64,000 bases of DNA from Patescibacteria group bacterium (GCA_029260935.1 JAJDCJ010000008.1:3905-67904), one strand, 5' to 3'; shown: positions 37,117 through 46,987, numbered from the stretch's first letter. Notes: generated from the letters alone by a model not told the origin. Translations and numbers: made by a program.

Positions 37117-39555
37117 ATGATACACACTAAACAAAAACTGATAGCATTTCTCATTCCTGTCCTACTCTTTTTCGGTGCGTGGATTTCTTTTGATATAGGA
37201 AATATATTTTTTGACTCACATTCCTTTGTGGCGGAGGCAGCAGGTAGTTTTGAAGATGGTACTGGTGGATTTTTTGAACGCATTGATGGCGGAGGAGGAG
37301 GCGGTGGTTTTGGTGGTGGCTGTGGTGGCTGTGGTGGCGGAGGTTTCTTTGGCGGAGGAGGAGGCGGAGGTGGAGGTGGTTTCACTCCCACAGACCCCAT
37401 CCTCCCTCTCTGTTCACTCAACCTGTACAGAAATACAATTTCGTGGACAACACACGACACCGTGAGCGTAACCATTAGTCCGCTCACTAACTCACCATCG
37501 CTTGGTGTTACATTCGCACCTAATGGCTCTCAGACATTTGTACCACCGCTTGGTGTCGGTACCCACTCATACAAATTGTTTGCATTTGGTATACAGGGGT
37601 CCGTAACTTGTCAGGAAACAATTGTGGTTCCTCCACTTCCACCACCTCCACCACCACCTCCAGTTGACGGGCCAACGTGTACATTAGATCTTTCAAAACA
37701 AAACATTGTATGGACTACCACGAATGCGGCAGGTCTTACCTTGGCACCAACCACGGCGTCACCGCTTGTGGGGAATAACCTTACCTTGAGTGGTTCAAAA
37801 GTATTTAATCCAAACCTAGGAACAGGTACCCACACCTATCGTTTGGCAGTGTTGGGACTTAACGGTGATCAGGTAACGTGTGAGGAATCACTCACCGTAC
37901 CGCCCCCACCTCCACCTAACGCACCGTTCTGTGAGTTGAGTGCCACCCCGTCTCTTGTTGATTCAGGAGATACCACAACCCTTCTATGGAATACACAAAA
38001 CGTAACATCTTTGGAGATTGACCAAGATATTGGTTTAGTAGTACCAACCAGTGGAGGGTCAAAAGTAACACCCACTATCACCACCACTACTACCTACACC
38101 GGTACTGCCCTTGCCTCAAACGGAGATACGGCAACGTGTAGTGCGACAGTTACTGTCACACCACCACCTCCGCCCTCGGGACCATCTTGTACACTTTCAG
38201 TAAATAAGGCACACATTAATCCAGGTGAGAGTATAGAAGTTTCGTGGACGTCCAGTAATGTAACGAGTGGTTTTGTTGATCATAATGTCGGTACCACATC
38301 TCCAGTTTCCTCAGGGTTCATAACTATCTTCCCATCGGACGACACAGAGTACACAGGAACATTCACTGGTCCCAATGGCGACGCTGTATGTTCTGCAACG
38401 GTTACCATTCAAAAAAGTGTCTGTACAGGAAACTGTGGCGGCGGTATCAATCCTCCAACAGTTGTATTGTTTGACACTCCTAATGAACAGCCACTTGCCT
38501 TTGTCTCACTTTCGCAAATTCCCTACACAGGTTTTGAGGCAGGAGTATTACTCACGTTTGCATTCTGGTTCGCCGTTGTGCTGTGGAGTATTGCAATGAC
38601 CTATATCTTTGTTGGGAAAACGAGCATTCGTTACTTAGCGAGTCATATACTTGGTCTTGATACACTCATCCACACGCGTTTTAACGCCCGGAGAAACACT
38701 CTGTCTTCAGACAATGGCCAGCACAAGCATCTTGAGTTAGGTTTGGAAGGATACGAAGAAAATGACGAGGCGCATGCATCAGTTGAGAGTGAGTATTTGT
38801 CCTCTGTCGCTCCAGCGCCTACTCAACCTATAGAACATATTTCTGCAGTAGACGAACTGGTTTCTAGTTTGTCTACCTCTACGGCACCAGCGCCACTACA
38901 CACTGAAGAGTCAGTAAGTAGCAGGCAAGCGCACGACGGCATCCCTGACCTTATGGACGTGCTTGAGTCTCGCGCAAACGCAGCAGGAGTACTTGTCTCA
39001 GGTGACACGTTCCATACGGTCGCAGAACTTTCAAACGAGCGTTCAGAGGTATTAAAATTGTTTGGGGATATTCTAAATGAGGCAGTTAAAACCCTTCCTC
39101 GCCAAGACGGGTGGATACACCTTTCTTTACCTACGCTAGAAACAATAGTGTCCAGTCTTACATTGTCAATAGGCACTGCGACACCAAAACCACTTACCCC
39201 ATTCACATCAAAATCTAGAATTATTACTGATTCGGCTGCAGAGAGAATTGTTCAAGCGATAGTAACCGGCAGTCGTGACGAGGCATTTTCTTTGGTAAAG
39301 CAACTTGAGGAAAGTAATGTCAGCGCAACGAAAGTGATTGCCGACATCGCAACGCTATGCGACCAACTTTACAAAGCACGAAAAGACAACACATCGCTTG
39401 AAAATGTTCTCCTTTTGGAGAAGGCAGGCGAAGTGCCTCTTGAGCGCCTCCATGCAGTTGCAGTCTTCTTCTCAGAAGCACTCAGCACTACCTATGCACT
39501 TCCATACACAGGGGTAAAGATAGCACTCGCCCAGGCGTTTGATAACCACACATAA
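37117..39555 (+). CDS. Sortase-substrate-like surface protein: Gly-rich segment, Cys-bracketed Ig-like repeats with poly-Pro linkers, IPYTG + TM, long C-terminal domain
   Basis: Four CxL...W...C repeats; LSQIPYTG at ~38509-38532 followed by a hydrophobic helix; adjacent to the sortase. Confidence 0.75.
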   Translation: MIHTKQKLIAFLIPVLLFFGAWISFDIGNIFFDSHSFVAEAAGSFEDGTGGFFERIDGGGGGGGFGGGCGGCGGGGFFGGGGGGGGGGFTPTDPILPLCSLNLYRNTISWTTHDTVSVTISPLTNSPSLGVTFAPNGSQTFVPPLGVGTHSYKLFAFGIQGSVTCQETIVVPPLPPPPPPPPVDGPTCTLDLSKQNIVWTTTNAAGLTLAPTTASPLVGNNLTLSGSKVFNPNLGTGTHTYRLAVLGLNGDQVTCEESLTVPPPPPPNAPFCELSATPSLVDSGDTTTLLWNTQNVTSLEIDQDIGLVVPTSGGSKVTPTITTTTTYTGTALASNGDTATCSATVTVTPPPPPSGPSCTLSVNKAHINPGESIEVSWTSSNVTSGFVDHNVGTTSPVSSGFITIFPSDDTEYTGTFTGPNGDAVCSATVTIQKSVCTGNCGGGINPPTVVLFDTPNEQPLAFVSLSQIPYTGFEAGVLLTFAFWFAVVLWSIAMTYIFVGKTSIRYLASHILGLDTLIHTRFNARRNTLSSDNGQHKHLELGLEGYEENDEAHASVESEYLSSVAPAPTQPIEHISAVDELVSSLSTSTAPAPLHTEESVSSRQAHDGIPDLMDVLESRANAAGVLVSGDTFHTVAELSNERSEVLKLFGDILNEAVKTLPRQDGWIHLSLPTLETIVSSLTLSIGTATPKPLTPFTSKSRIITDSAAERIVQAIVTGSRDEAFSLVKQLEESNVSATKVIADIATLCDQLYKARKDNTSLENVLLLEKAGEVPLERLHAVAVFFSEALSTTYALPYTGVKIALAQAFDNHT

Positions 39556-39565
39556 TTAAAAATAT

Positions 39566-39931
39566 ATGTCACTAGAAAAAAGAAATACACCAGAAAGAAA
39601 TCTACGTACAGGAGTTGAAACGTCTCCTAAGCGCGAGCAGATCACACTCCCCAGATTAGATGCGTCTCCTGTCCACACTACCGCCTTACATGAACCAACC
39701 ACTTCACTTGCAACACACTGGAGAACTCAGCGCCGTAATCCTAAAGCTGGCGAAACCCCATTTAGCAAATCTCCTTTTACTCCAGGTTGGAAAGTAATAG
39801 GAGCTTCGCTCATGACCATTAGTGCTTTCTTGTTAGTGTTTACTTCAGGCCCTGCAGGCCCTGCCGCTTTAGGTTTTATTGTGGGACTCAGTGTAATTTT
39901 TGCAGACCTGTTTGGATGGACTCCAAAATAA
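39566..39931 (+). CDS. Hypothetical protein: polar N-terminus, C-terminal TM hairpin
   Basis: 121-aa ORF. Confidence 0.6.
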   Translation: MSLEKRNTPERNLRTGVETSPKREQITLPRLDASPVHTTALHEPTTSLATHWRTQRRNPKAGETPFSKSPFTPGWKVIGASLMTISAFLLVFTSGPAGPAALGFIVGLSVIFADLFGWTPK

Positions 39932-39955
39932 TAAAAACAAAATAATAAAAACTTA

Positions 39956-40026
39956 CCCCCCCATTACGGAAGTCTGACTTCCGTAATGGGGGGGGTTGGG
40001 TCAATGAAGGACGTCCGACGTCGCTA
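39956..40026. repeat. Composite REP doublet, copy 2
   Basis: cccccccattacggaagtc-t-gacttccgtaatggggggg then gtcaatgaaggacgtccgacgtcgcta. Confidence 0.85.
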
Positions 40027-40114
40027 TTTACTTCATATACCCTGCTTCAAACAGAGCCCTTGACAAAATACAGTATAGGAGTATACTAGTAGAGTAATAA
40101 TTAAATATAAATAT

Positions 40115-40402
40115 ATGTCACAACCATTTACACGAGAGAATTATTCTGACCGAGGAGTCAACGCATTTTTTGTCCGAACAGCAGTAGGCGCCGTAGTTCC
40201 AGCTGTCGTAGGAGGAGCAGTGGTAGCCGAGAATACGTTTGATTTTTTTGATGAGTTAGATTTTTCAGCAGGAGAGATCTTTGGATTGTCGGTTATTGCA
40301 GCAGTAGTGGGTATGTTTGTAGGAAGTCTCTTAGGCCTTAAACGACAAGATAAGATATATGATGCGGCAGGCACGTATCCTAGTGAAAGTGAGTCTAACT
40401 AG
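40115..40402 (+). CDS. Small 2-TM hypothetical protein
   Basis: 95-aa ORF; upstream TTGACA(40060)-16-TATACT(40082). Confidence 0.65.
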   Translation: MSQPFTRENYSDRGVNAFFVRTAVGAVVPAVVGGAVVAENTFDFFDELDFSAGEIFGLSVIAAVVGMFVGSLLGLKRQDKIYDAAGTYPSESESN

Positions 40403-40417
40403 AGAGTCTCGTTGCTC

Positions 40418-40452
40418 AACAAAAAAACCACCCTCTCGGTGGTTTTTTTGTT
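40418..40452. terminator. Bidirectional intrinsic terminator
   Basis: aacaaaaaaaccacc-ctctc-ggtggtttttttgtt between convergent genes. Confidence 0.8.
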
Positions 40453-40469
40453 TTAAGTAAGAAGCGCAC

Positions 40470-42221
40470 CTAATCAAGAGCTCTCTCTTTTATCTTTTTA
40501 AGAAGGGTTTCAAGTATCTTCTCTAGCTTTTGAGCGCCTTCGCTACCCCCACGCCCCTCAACAGTCACCGTGTTTGACTCAACTTCTTTGTCGCCAATGA
40601 CAAAGAAGTAGGGAACTTTTTCAAGCTTTGCTTGGCGTATGCGTTTGCCAAGTGATTCGTCGCTGGCATCAAGTTCAACGCGAATTTTTTCGTCTTTAAG
40701 TTTTTGGGCAACTTCTTTAGCATATTCAACGTGTTTTTCAGAAACTGGTAATACTTTGACTTGAATAGGCGAAAGCCAGAGAGGATAGGCCCCGTTAAAA
40801 TGTTCAATTAAAAGTGCCAAAAACCGCTCATACGAGCCGAGGATAGCGCGGTGAATCATAACTGGTGTTTTCTTTGATCCGTCGCTGTCGGTGTACTCAA
40901 GTTCAAATCGTGCCGGCATAGCAAAGTCTATTTGAACAGTTGCAAGTTGTCGTTCACGACCAAGCGCATCGGTAAACATAAAGTCAAGTTTTGGTCCATA
41001 CAGTGCCGCTTCGCCCTCCATGCGTCGTGCGTCAAGTTTCATGTCGTCTGATACTTGCTTCAGCAAAACTTCTGCCTTTTCCCAGTCTTCATCAGTTCCT
41101 ATATATTTTTCAGGAGTATGAGGGTCTCGCACAGAAAGCGACACCCAGTGGTTTCCCCACATACCAAGCGCAGAATAGAACTCTTTTATAATATTCACGA
41201 TGTTTTTTGCTTCATCCGCTACTTGATTGATGCGGCAGAAGACGTGGCCATCGTCAACGGTAATGGCACGTACGCGGGTAAGACCTCCAATTTCTCCCGG
41301 CTGTTCGTCCCGATACTGCATCGTACTTTCCATAAAGCGAATGGGGAGGTCGCGGTAGCTTCTCGGTTCGCTTGCATAAATTTGCGTATGATGCGGGCAA
41401 TTCACTGGTTTTAGAACGAACTCATCATATTTACTTTGTACCGTGAGTAGCTCGTCACCGAATTTTTCAGCGTGCCCAGATATTTCATAGAGTCGGCGTT
41501 TTGCCATGTGGGGTATGGTGACAGGTTGCATGCCATAACGCTTGCTAATCTCGAGTAGTGCTTCATATAGGGCGCCTCTGAGCGCTGTGCCCTTTGGTGT
41601 AAAGAGTGGCAGGCCGGCGCCAACAAGTTCTGAAAATGTCCACAGTCCCTGTTCTTTACCTATTTTTCTATGGTCGCGTTCTTTCATTTCTTCGCGCATA
41701 TGCTCGTACTCCTCTAACTCTTCTTTAGTATCAAACGCGAGTCCGTAAATACGGGTGAGCATGGTGTTGTGCTCATCGCCACGCCAATAGGCGCCAGCTA
41801 TACGGTCAAGTTTGAATGAGTCAGGAGCAATGTCTTTTGCAGGGCTTTCACTATGTCCACCACGACACAGGTCGGTGAAGGTTCCTGCCGTATAGAGTGT
41901 GGTATCTTCACCACGCTCGTTGATTTCATCAATTAACTCAATCTTATATTCATTTCCTTTAAACGCTTCTTTTGCTTCCTCCAGAGTTACTTTTGTGCCC
42001 TCCATCGCGTGCCAGCTTTTTAGCATTGAACGCATCTCTTTTTGAATTTTTTTCAAATCCTCCTCAGTTGGTTTCTCGCCTCCTCCAAAATCAAAATCAT
42101 AATAAAAGCCATTTTCAACAGCCGGACCAATAGTCGTCTTGGCGTGAGGGAAATACTTTAAAACAGCGGCTGCCAGCAGGTGGGCAAGAGTATGGCGTTT
42201 TTGATCAACTGAATGTTCCAT
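40470..42221 (-). CDS. thrS: Threonyl-tRNA synthetase (no N-terminal TGS domain)
   Basis: RHTLAHLL, DLCRGGH, RDHRKIG, KPVNCPHH, GLTRVR, YGPKLD, IHRAILGSYERF. Confidence 0.97.
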   Translation of the reverse strand: MEHSVDQKRHTLAHLLAAAVLKYFPHAKTTIGPAVENGFYYDFDFGGGEKPTEEDLKKIQKEMRSMLKSWHAMEGTKVTLEEAKEAFKGNEYKIELIDEINERGEDTTLYTAGTFTDLCRGGHSESPAKDIAPDSFKLDRIAGAYWRGDEHNTMLTRIYGLAFDTKEELEEYEHMREEMKERDHRKIGKEQGLWTFSELVGAGLPLFTPKGTALRGALYEALLEISKRYGMQPVTIPHMAKRRLYEISGHAEKFGDELLTVQSKYDEFVLKPVNCPHHTQIYASEPRSYRDLPIRFMESTMQYRDEQPGEIGGLTRVRAITVDDGHVFCRINQVADEAKNIVNIIKEFYSALGMWGNHWVSLSVRDPHTPEKYIGTDEDWEKAEVLLKQVSDDMKLDARRMEGEAALYGPKLDFMFTDALGRERQLATVQIDFAMPARFELEYTDSDGSKKTPVMIHRAILGSYERFLALLIEHFNGAYPLWLSPIQVKVLPVSEKHVEYAKEVAQKLKDEKIRVELDASDESLGKRIRQAKLEKVPYFFVIGDKEVESNTVTVEGRGGSEGAQKLEKILETLLKKIKERALD

Positions 42222-42277
42222 AATATATAAAATAATAGCACAACCACCTTATATAGTGATATCTTCTCAGTACCCGA

Positions 42278-42348
42278 CCCCCCCCATTACGGAAGTCTGA
42301 CTTCCGTAATGGGGGGTAAGAGTCAATGAAGGACGCCCAACGTCACTA
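42278..42348. repeat. Composite REP doublet, copy 3 (second palindrome degenerate)
   Basis: ccccccattacggaagtc-t-gacttccgtaatgggggg then gtcaatgaaggacgcccaacgtcacta. Confidence 0.85.
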
Positions 42349-42430
42349 TGTTTGGAATAACAAGAAATACTGAAAACAGTGTTGGGTTAAAAAACACTCA
42401 GGATTATTCAGGATATGATATAGAGAAGAT

Positions 42431-42664
42431 ATGATTATTCCTTCTTTTAGGGAAAAGAGGGCTGGGAAAGAGTCTGATAAAAATTATACTGACCTTACGG
42501 TACTCTCAGCTCTTTCTATTTCGCTCATAACTTCATATGAAGATTTTGAAGACTGGGAAATTGAACGAAGGAACATCTGTTCTGATCAATGTGACAACGC
42601 TGGTTTTCGGACATTCAGTATGGATTGGCTCTTATGTGTCATTCGCTGTATGAGGGGGAATTAA
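42431..42664 (+). CDS. Possible 77-aa hypothetical protein
   Basis: ORF with TATGAT shortly upstream; no recognisable motif. Confidence 0.35.
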   Translation: MIIPSFREKRAGKESDKNYTDLTVLSALSISLITSYEDFEDWEIERRNICSDQCDNAGFRTFSMDWLLCVIRCMRGN

Positions 42665-45600
42665 TTACAACTTCTTAACTTTGTCAATAAGTATAGACTG
42701 TTCATCATTTCGTTTTGATACTTTCCCTTTAATTAAAACACAGGTACCTGCAACCAGTGCATCTTTTGAGTCTTGGTAGACTTTCGGGAATGCCACGGTT
42801 TCAATTGCATCATTCCTGTCACAAATAGTGAAAAATCCCATACGGTCTCCTTTTTTGGTAATAATAGTTTTTGCCTGCTCAACCACCCCGCCGATAATTA
42901 CAGGGAAACCATTGCGGTCCTCGTCAAGCGCCGCTCGTATAGAATCTTTGTATTTCTCAAATGTCTCAGGGTGTTGGTCAATTGGGTGACCGGACACGTA
43001 AATGCCTAACAGTTCTTTTTCCCACGCGAGTTTATCGCTCAGCGGGGTCGTATCTTCTTGCGAAATATCAAGCTGTGGCGTGTGTGCCTCAAGGGTAAAC
43101 AATGCATTTTGGTTTTCAGGCACGTCACTTTTTCTTGTTTGTAATGCAAGTATTTCGTCAATGCGCTCAAACATTTCTTTTCTGTCGCCAAACGAGTCAA
43201 GAGCTCCTGCTTTTATGAGTGCTTCAATTCCTCTTCGGTTAAGCACCTGCGCTGGCACACGTGAAGCCAAGTCTCCAATACCACTAAAAATATTTTCCTT
43301 CCTTTTTTCAATAATTGAATGTGCGCCACCTTCACCAAAGTTTTTAATTGAATTGAGCCCAAAGCGAATAGTATTGTCGTCAATAACAGTAAACGTCCAC
43401 TCAGATTGATTGACATCAGGAGGAAGCACGGTAATACCTAATCGGACACATTCGGCAACGTGAATGGCTATTTTATCAACATTGCCGGCGTCGGCCGTCA
43501 TTAAAGATGCCATGTAGTCGGCGGGGAAGTGTGTTTTCATATAGGCAGTCTGATATGCCACTTTTCCATAACTTGCCGCGTGCGCCTTATTAAAACCGTA
43601 CGCAGCAAACGGCTCAATCAACGCCCAAATATTTTTTGCCCGTTCTTCGGAAATGTTTCCGTGCTCAACACATCCGGAAATAAACTTCTCTTTCTGCGCC
43701 TCCATTTCAGCAGGGATTTTCTTACCCATGGCCTTCCTTAGATTGTCCGCCTCAAGCCATGAGTAGCCTGCAATTTCAATGGCAATCAATAGCACGTCGT
43801 CCTGGTACGTGATGATACCGTATGAACGCTCTAAAATTTTCTCCATGCGCGGGTCAAGATACGTAACCAACTCAGGATTTTTTTTCCGTGCAATGTAAGC
43901 AGGGATTGATTCCATAGGTCCCGGCCGATACAGCGCTACCATAGCGTTAATATCATCAATTGAAGATGGTTCAAGCTCTTTCAAATAGCGTGTCATTCCA
44001 CCACCACTCAGCTGGAACACTCCTTCGGTATCACCATGCCCAAGCGCTTCAAATACTTTTTTATCATCAAAGGAAATGGTATCTATATCAACCTCAATAT
44101 TTTTTCGTGCGCGTACCCGTGTGACAACACCTTCAAGAATTGAAAGAATAGTAAGCCCCAAGAAATCAAATTTCAAAAGCCCGGCATCTTCAACGGCGTG
44201 CATATTGTACTGCGTAATAACTGCCTCTCCGTGTGGGTCGTACTGCACGGGTACAAAGTCGGTAACAGGCGACGGTGCGATAACAATACCGGCGGCATGA
44301 ACTGAAATATGGCGTGCATTTCCCTCAACGCGTTTGGCGGTGTTTATAATAGTTTCAACATCCTCATCTTCTTGATAGAGCACACGGAGCTCCTCCTCCA
44401 TTTCAAGTGCCTTGTCAATAGTCATGGGGAAGCCTTGGCTGCCAAAAGGAATAAGCTTGGCAATGCGGTCGCCCACGCCATATCCATAGCCAAGACTGCG
44501 CGCAACATCGCGCACGGCAGCACGCGCCATCATGGTGCCGAAGGTTCCAATTTGTGCTACTTGTTCTGTGCCGTATTTTTTCTTTGCATACTCCAATACT
44601 TCTTCGCGACGTATGTCAGCAAAGTCCATGTCAATATCAGGTGCTTTTGGTCGCTCCGGGTTAAGAAAACGCTCAAAGGGTAGTTTGTACGCAATCGGGT
44701 CTATGCTGGTAATACCGACAAGAAAGGACACGAGGGAGCCGGCCGCGCTTCCTCGTGTTGTTGCCACAATCCCACTTTCTTTTGCAAACCGCAGTAAGTC
44801 AGACACTACGAGAAAGTACGGCGCAAATCCTTTGTCGTTAATAATTGAAAGTTCATACTTGATACGTGTCTCTACTTCTTTTGTTTTCTTCATCCCATGC
44901 GCACTCAAACCTTCCTCGGTTATTTTGCTGAGCTCTTGCTCGTAGGTAGTGCCTGCAGGAATAGGAAGATTAGGGAACAACCACGAGCCAAGTGACAAGG
45001 TAATTGAAATACGAGAAACAATAGCGTCTATGTTTTGGAGTGCGTCAGGGTATTCTCGGTAGCGCTCTTCAAACTGTTGCGGGCTTATAAATGTGCGGTC
45101 ATTACCGTCTCTGTGTGCGCTCGGGTCTGCAATTTTTCGCACCACATCACGCGCGTCGCAGTCTTCTTCTTTTAAATAGTACACACCGTCGCCGGCGACC
45201 AAAGGTAATCCCATCTCGCGCGCGCGTGTGGCGTGTGTATGTATATCGTCCCGCGTGCCATTCCACCCAAGGCGTGCAAACACCTGATCTTTGCCGAAAA
45301 TTGAAACCAGTGTTTTTGCCAGTGAGGCACCACCTGAGACAATAGCGCTTTCAGGAACAAGGACAATGAGGTTTTCTTTGTAGGCGCTCAGATGTTCCTC
45401 AGTTGCTCGCACATTTCCTTTTTCTTCAAGCTGTGCAGCTGACACTAGTTTTATAAGGTTGTGATACCCGTTCGTGTTTTCGGCAAGTACAATAATATGT
45501 GCACGCGTATCGGCAACCATGACATCAAGGTCAACACCAAGTAGTGGTTTTATTTCAGCCTTCTCACACGCCTTGTAAAATTCAATGGCGCCGTACATGT

Positions 45601-45727
45601 TATTGCGGTCAGTAACGGCAAGCGCCTCCATGCCATAGTTTTTTGCTTTACTAATCAGGTCGCCAATCTGAGGGAGGCCGTCAAGTAAGCTATAGTGTGA
45701 GTGAATAGAGAGATGAACAACAGACAT
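42665..45727 (-). CDS. dnaE: DNA polymerase III alpha subunit (start 45727 or 45736)
   Basis: HLSIHSHYSLLDG (PHP), RGSAAGS, FERFLNPER, PDIDMDF, KFDFLGL, YGFNKAHA. Confidence 0.97.
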   Translation of the reverse strand: MSVVHLSIHSHYSLLDGLPQIGDLISKAKNYGMEALAVTDRNNMYGAIEFYKACEKAEIKPLLGVDLDVMVADTRAHIIVLAENTNGYHNLIKLVSAAQLEEKGNVRATEEHLSAYKENLIVLVPESAIVSGGASLAKTLVSIFGKDQVFARLGWNGTRDDIHTHATRAREMGLPLVAGDGVYYLKEEDCDARDVVRKIADPSAHRDGNDRTFISPQQFEERYREYPDALQNIDAIVSRISITLSLGSWLFPNLPIPAGTTYEQELSKITEEGLSAHGMKKTKEVETRIKYELSIINDKGFAPYFLVVSDLLRFAKESGIVATTRGSAAGSLVSFLVGITSIDPIAYKLPFERFLNPERPKAPDIDMDFADIRREEVLEYAKKKYGTEQVAQIGTFGTMMARAAVRDVARSLGYGYGVGDRIAKLIPFGSQGFPMTIDKALEMEEELRVLYQEDEDVETIINTAKRVEGNARHISVHAAGIVIAPSPVTDFVPVQYDPHGEAVITQYNMHAVEDAGLLKFDFLGLTILSILEGVVTRVRARKNIEVDIDTISFDDKKVFEALGHGDTEGVFQLSGGGMTRYLKELEPSSIDDINAMVALYRPGPMESIPAYIARKKNPELVTYLDPRMEKILERSYGIITYQDDVLLIAIEIAGYSWLEADNLRKAMGKKIPAEMEAQKEKFISGCVEHGNISEERAKNIWALIEPFAAYGFNKAHAASYGKVAYQTAYMKTHFPADYMASLMTADAGNVDKIAIHVAECVRLGITVLPPDVNQSEWTFTVIDDNTIRFGLNSIKNFGEGGAHSIIEKRKENIFSGIGDLASRVPAQVLNRRGIEALIKAGALDSFGDRKEMFERIDEILALQTRKSDVPENQNALFTLEAHTPQLDISQEDTTPLSDKLAWEKELLGIYVSGHPIDQHPETFEKYKDSIRAALDEDRNGFPVIIGGVVEQAKTIITKKGDRMGFFTICDRNDAIETVAFPKVYQDSKDALVAGTCVLIKGKVSKRNDEQSILIDKVKKL

Positions 45728-46324
45728 ACTAGCCATTATATAGTAGGAGTGGATGAAGCGGGAAGGGGACCACTTGCGGGCCCCGTTACAGTTGCTGCCG
45801 TTGCCTTTCTTGTTCCCTTTGAGTACGCCCTTTTTAAGGATGTGCGCGACTCAAAAAAACTCAGCGCAAAAAAACGTGAATACTTTGAGGGGCTCGTACG
45901 GGAGTTAGAAAAACAAGGTATGGTGCGTGCCTGTATGCACTCTTCTCCTGAAGGGTATATTGACCAACATGGTATTGTCCGTGCCACCCAATCCGCACTT
46001 GAAAAAGCACTTGTACGTTTGAATCTCCCTCCCGAACAGTGCCATGTGTATCTGGACGGTTCCCTCAAGGCACCTGCAGTGTTTGAAAAACAAGAGACTA
46101 TTATAAAAGGGGATGAAACTGTACTTCCTATTACACTAGCCGGTATCATGGCAAAGACAACTCGCGACGCCTATATGCATACAGTATCAAAGCAGTATCC
46201 CGCATATAGTTTTGAAACTCACAAAGGGTACGGGACAAAGAAACACTACGAGGCACTTGAACAACACGGAATGTGCCCACTCCACCGCAGGACTTTTATA
46301 GACTTGACAAAGCATATAAAGTAG
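45713..46324 (+). CDS. rnhB: Ribonuclease HII
   Basis: GVDEAGRGPLAGPV, DSKKLS, IKGD, HKGYGT, HRRTF. Confidence 0.95.
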   Translation: MNNRHTSHYIVGVDEAGRGPLAGPVTVAAVAFLVPFEYALFKDVRDSKKLSAKKREYFEGLVRELEKQGMVRACMHSSPEGYIDQHGIVRATQSALEKALVRLNLPPEQCHVYLDGSLKAPAVFEKQETIIKGDETVLPITLAGIMAKTTRDAYMHTVSKQYPAYSFETHKGYGTKKHYEALEQHGMCPLHRRTFIDLTKHIK

Positions 46325-46341
46325 TTTAAGATATTTTTCAT

Positions 46342-46506
46342 ATGGTACAAAAACCCGGAAATGAATCCTGTAATCGCTTTTATTCAGATAATAAATATGC
46401 ACTGAATGCTTCTCTCGTTTTCTCTGTAGCTCTCGCAGTCATAGCTCTTTTATCAGGCGACCTCAACATGGAGCGTATTGACCCTACGTGGCTTGACCGC
46501 AACTAA
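46342..46506 (+). CDS. Putative 54-aa single-TM protein (not in the ORF track)
   Basis: MVQKPGNESCNRFYSDNKYALNASLVFSVALAVIALLSGDLNMERIDPTWLDRN*; promoter TTGACA(46304)-17-TAAGAT(46327). Confidence 0.55.
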   Translation: MVQKPGNESCNRFYSDNKYALNASLVFSVALAVIALLSGDLNMERIDPTWLDRN

Positions 46507-46573
46507 GGTACGATTTTATTTATTTAAAAATACGGTACTATAGACAAACGAACAGTATTTTAACTCTAACTAT

Positions 46574-46948
46574 ATGAATGATATACAACAGACAGATGGA
46601 GGTTCAGTTGACCCAAACATGGCGGCAAAAGTGATGGCGCTCTTTGGAAAAATAGACGGAACCCTTAATGAACTTAATATAGACACGCGTGACAAAAAGC
46701 AGGTTCAGCAGAATCTTATGGAGGCAATAGCCGCTGATTTATTGGTACGCTTGGGCAGTAAAATGGATGACGAAGGCAAGGAGAAACTTGCTGAATTGAG
46801 TAAAAACAAGGGTGAACCCAACCTTGCAGAAATCTCTGGCTTCTTCCGTGAGTCATTTTCACAAGAAGAACTTCTTGAAGATTTATCCCTTGCAATTGAG
46901 AGCGTTCTCTCTGATTTTGTCGCCGAAATGACTACGGGAGCGTCATAA
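46574..46948 (+). CDS. Acidic helical hypothetical protein
   Basis: 124-aa ORF. Confidence 0.7.
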   Translation: MNDIQQTDGGSVDPNMAAKVMALFGKIDGTLNELNIDTRDKKQVQQNLMEAIAADLLVRLGSKMDDEGKEKLAELSKNKGEPNLAEISGFFRESFSQEELLEDLSLAIESVLSDFVAEMTTGAS

Positions 46949-46987
46949 ACTTGCAATGTAGCCGTTTTAATGTAAGATTTCTTTCAT

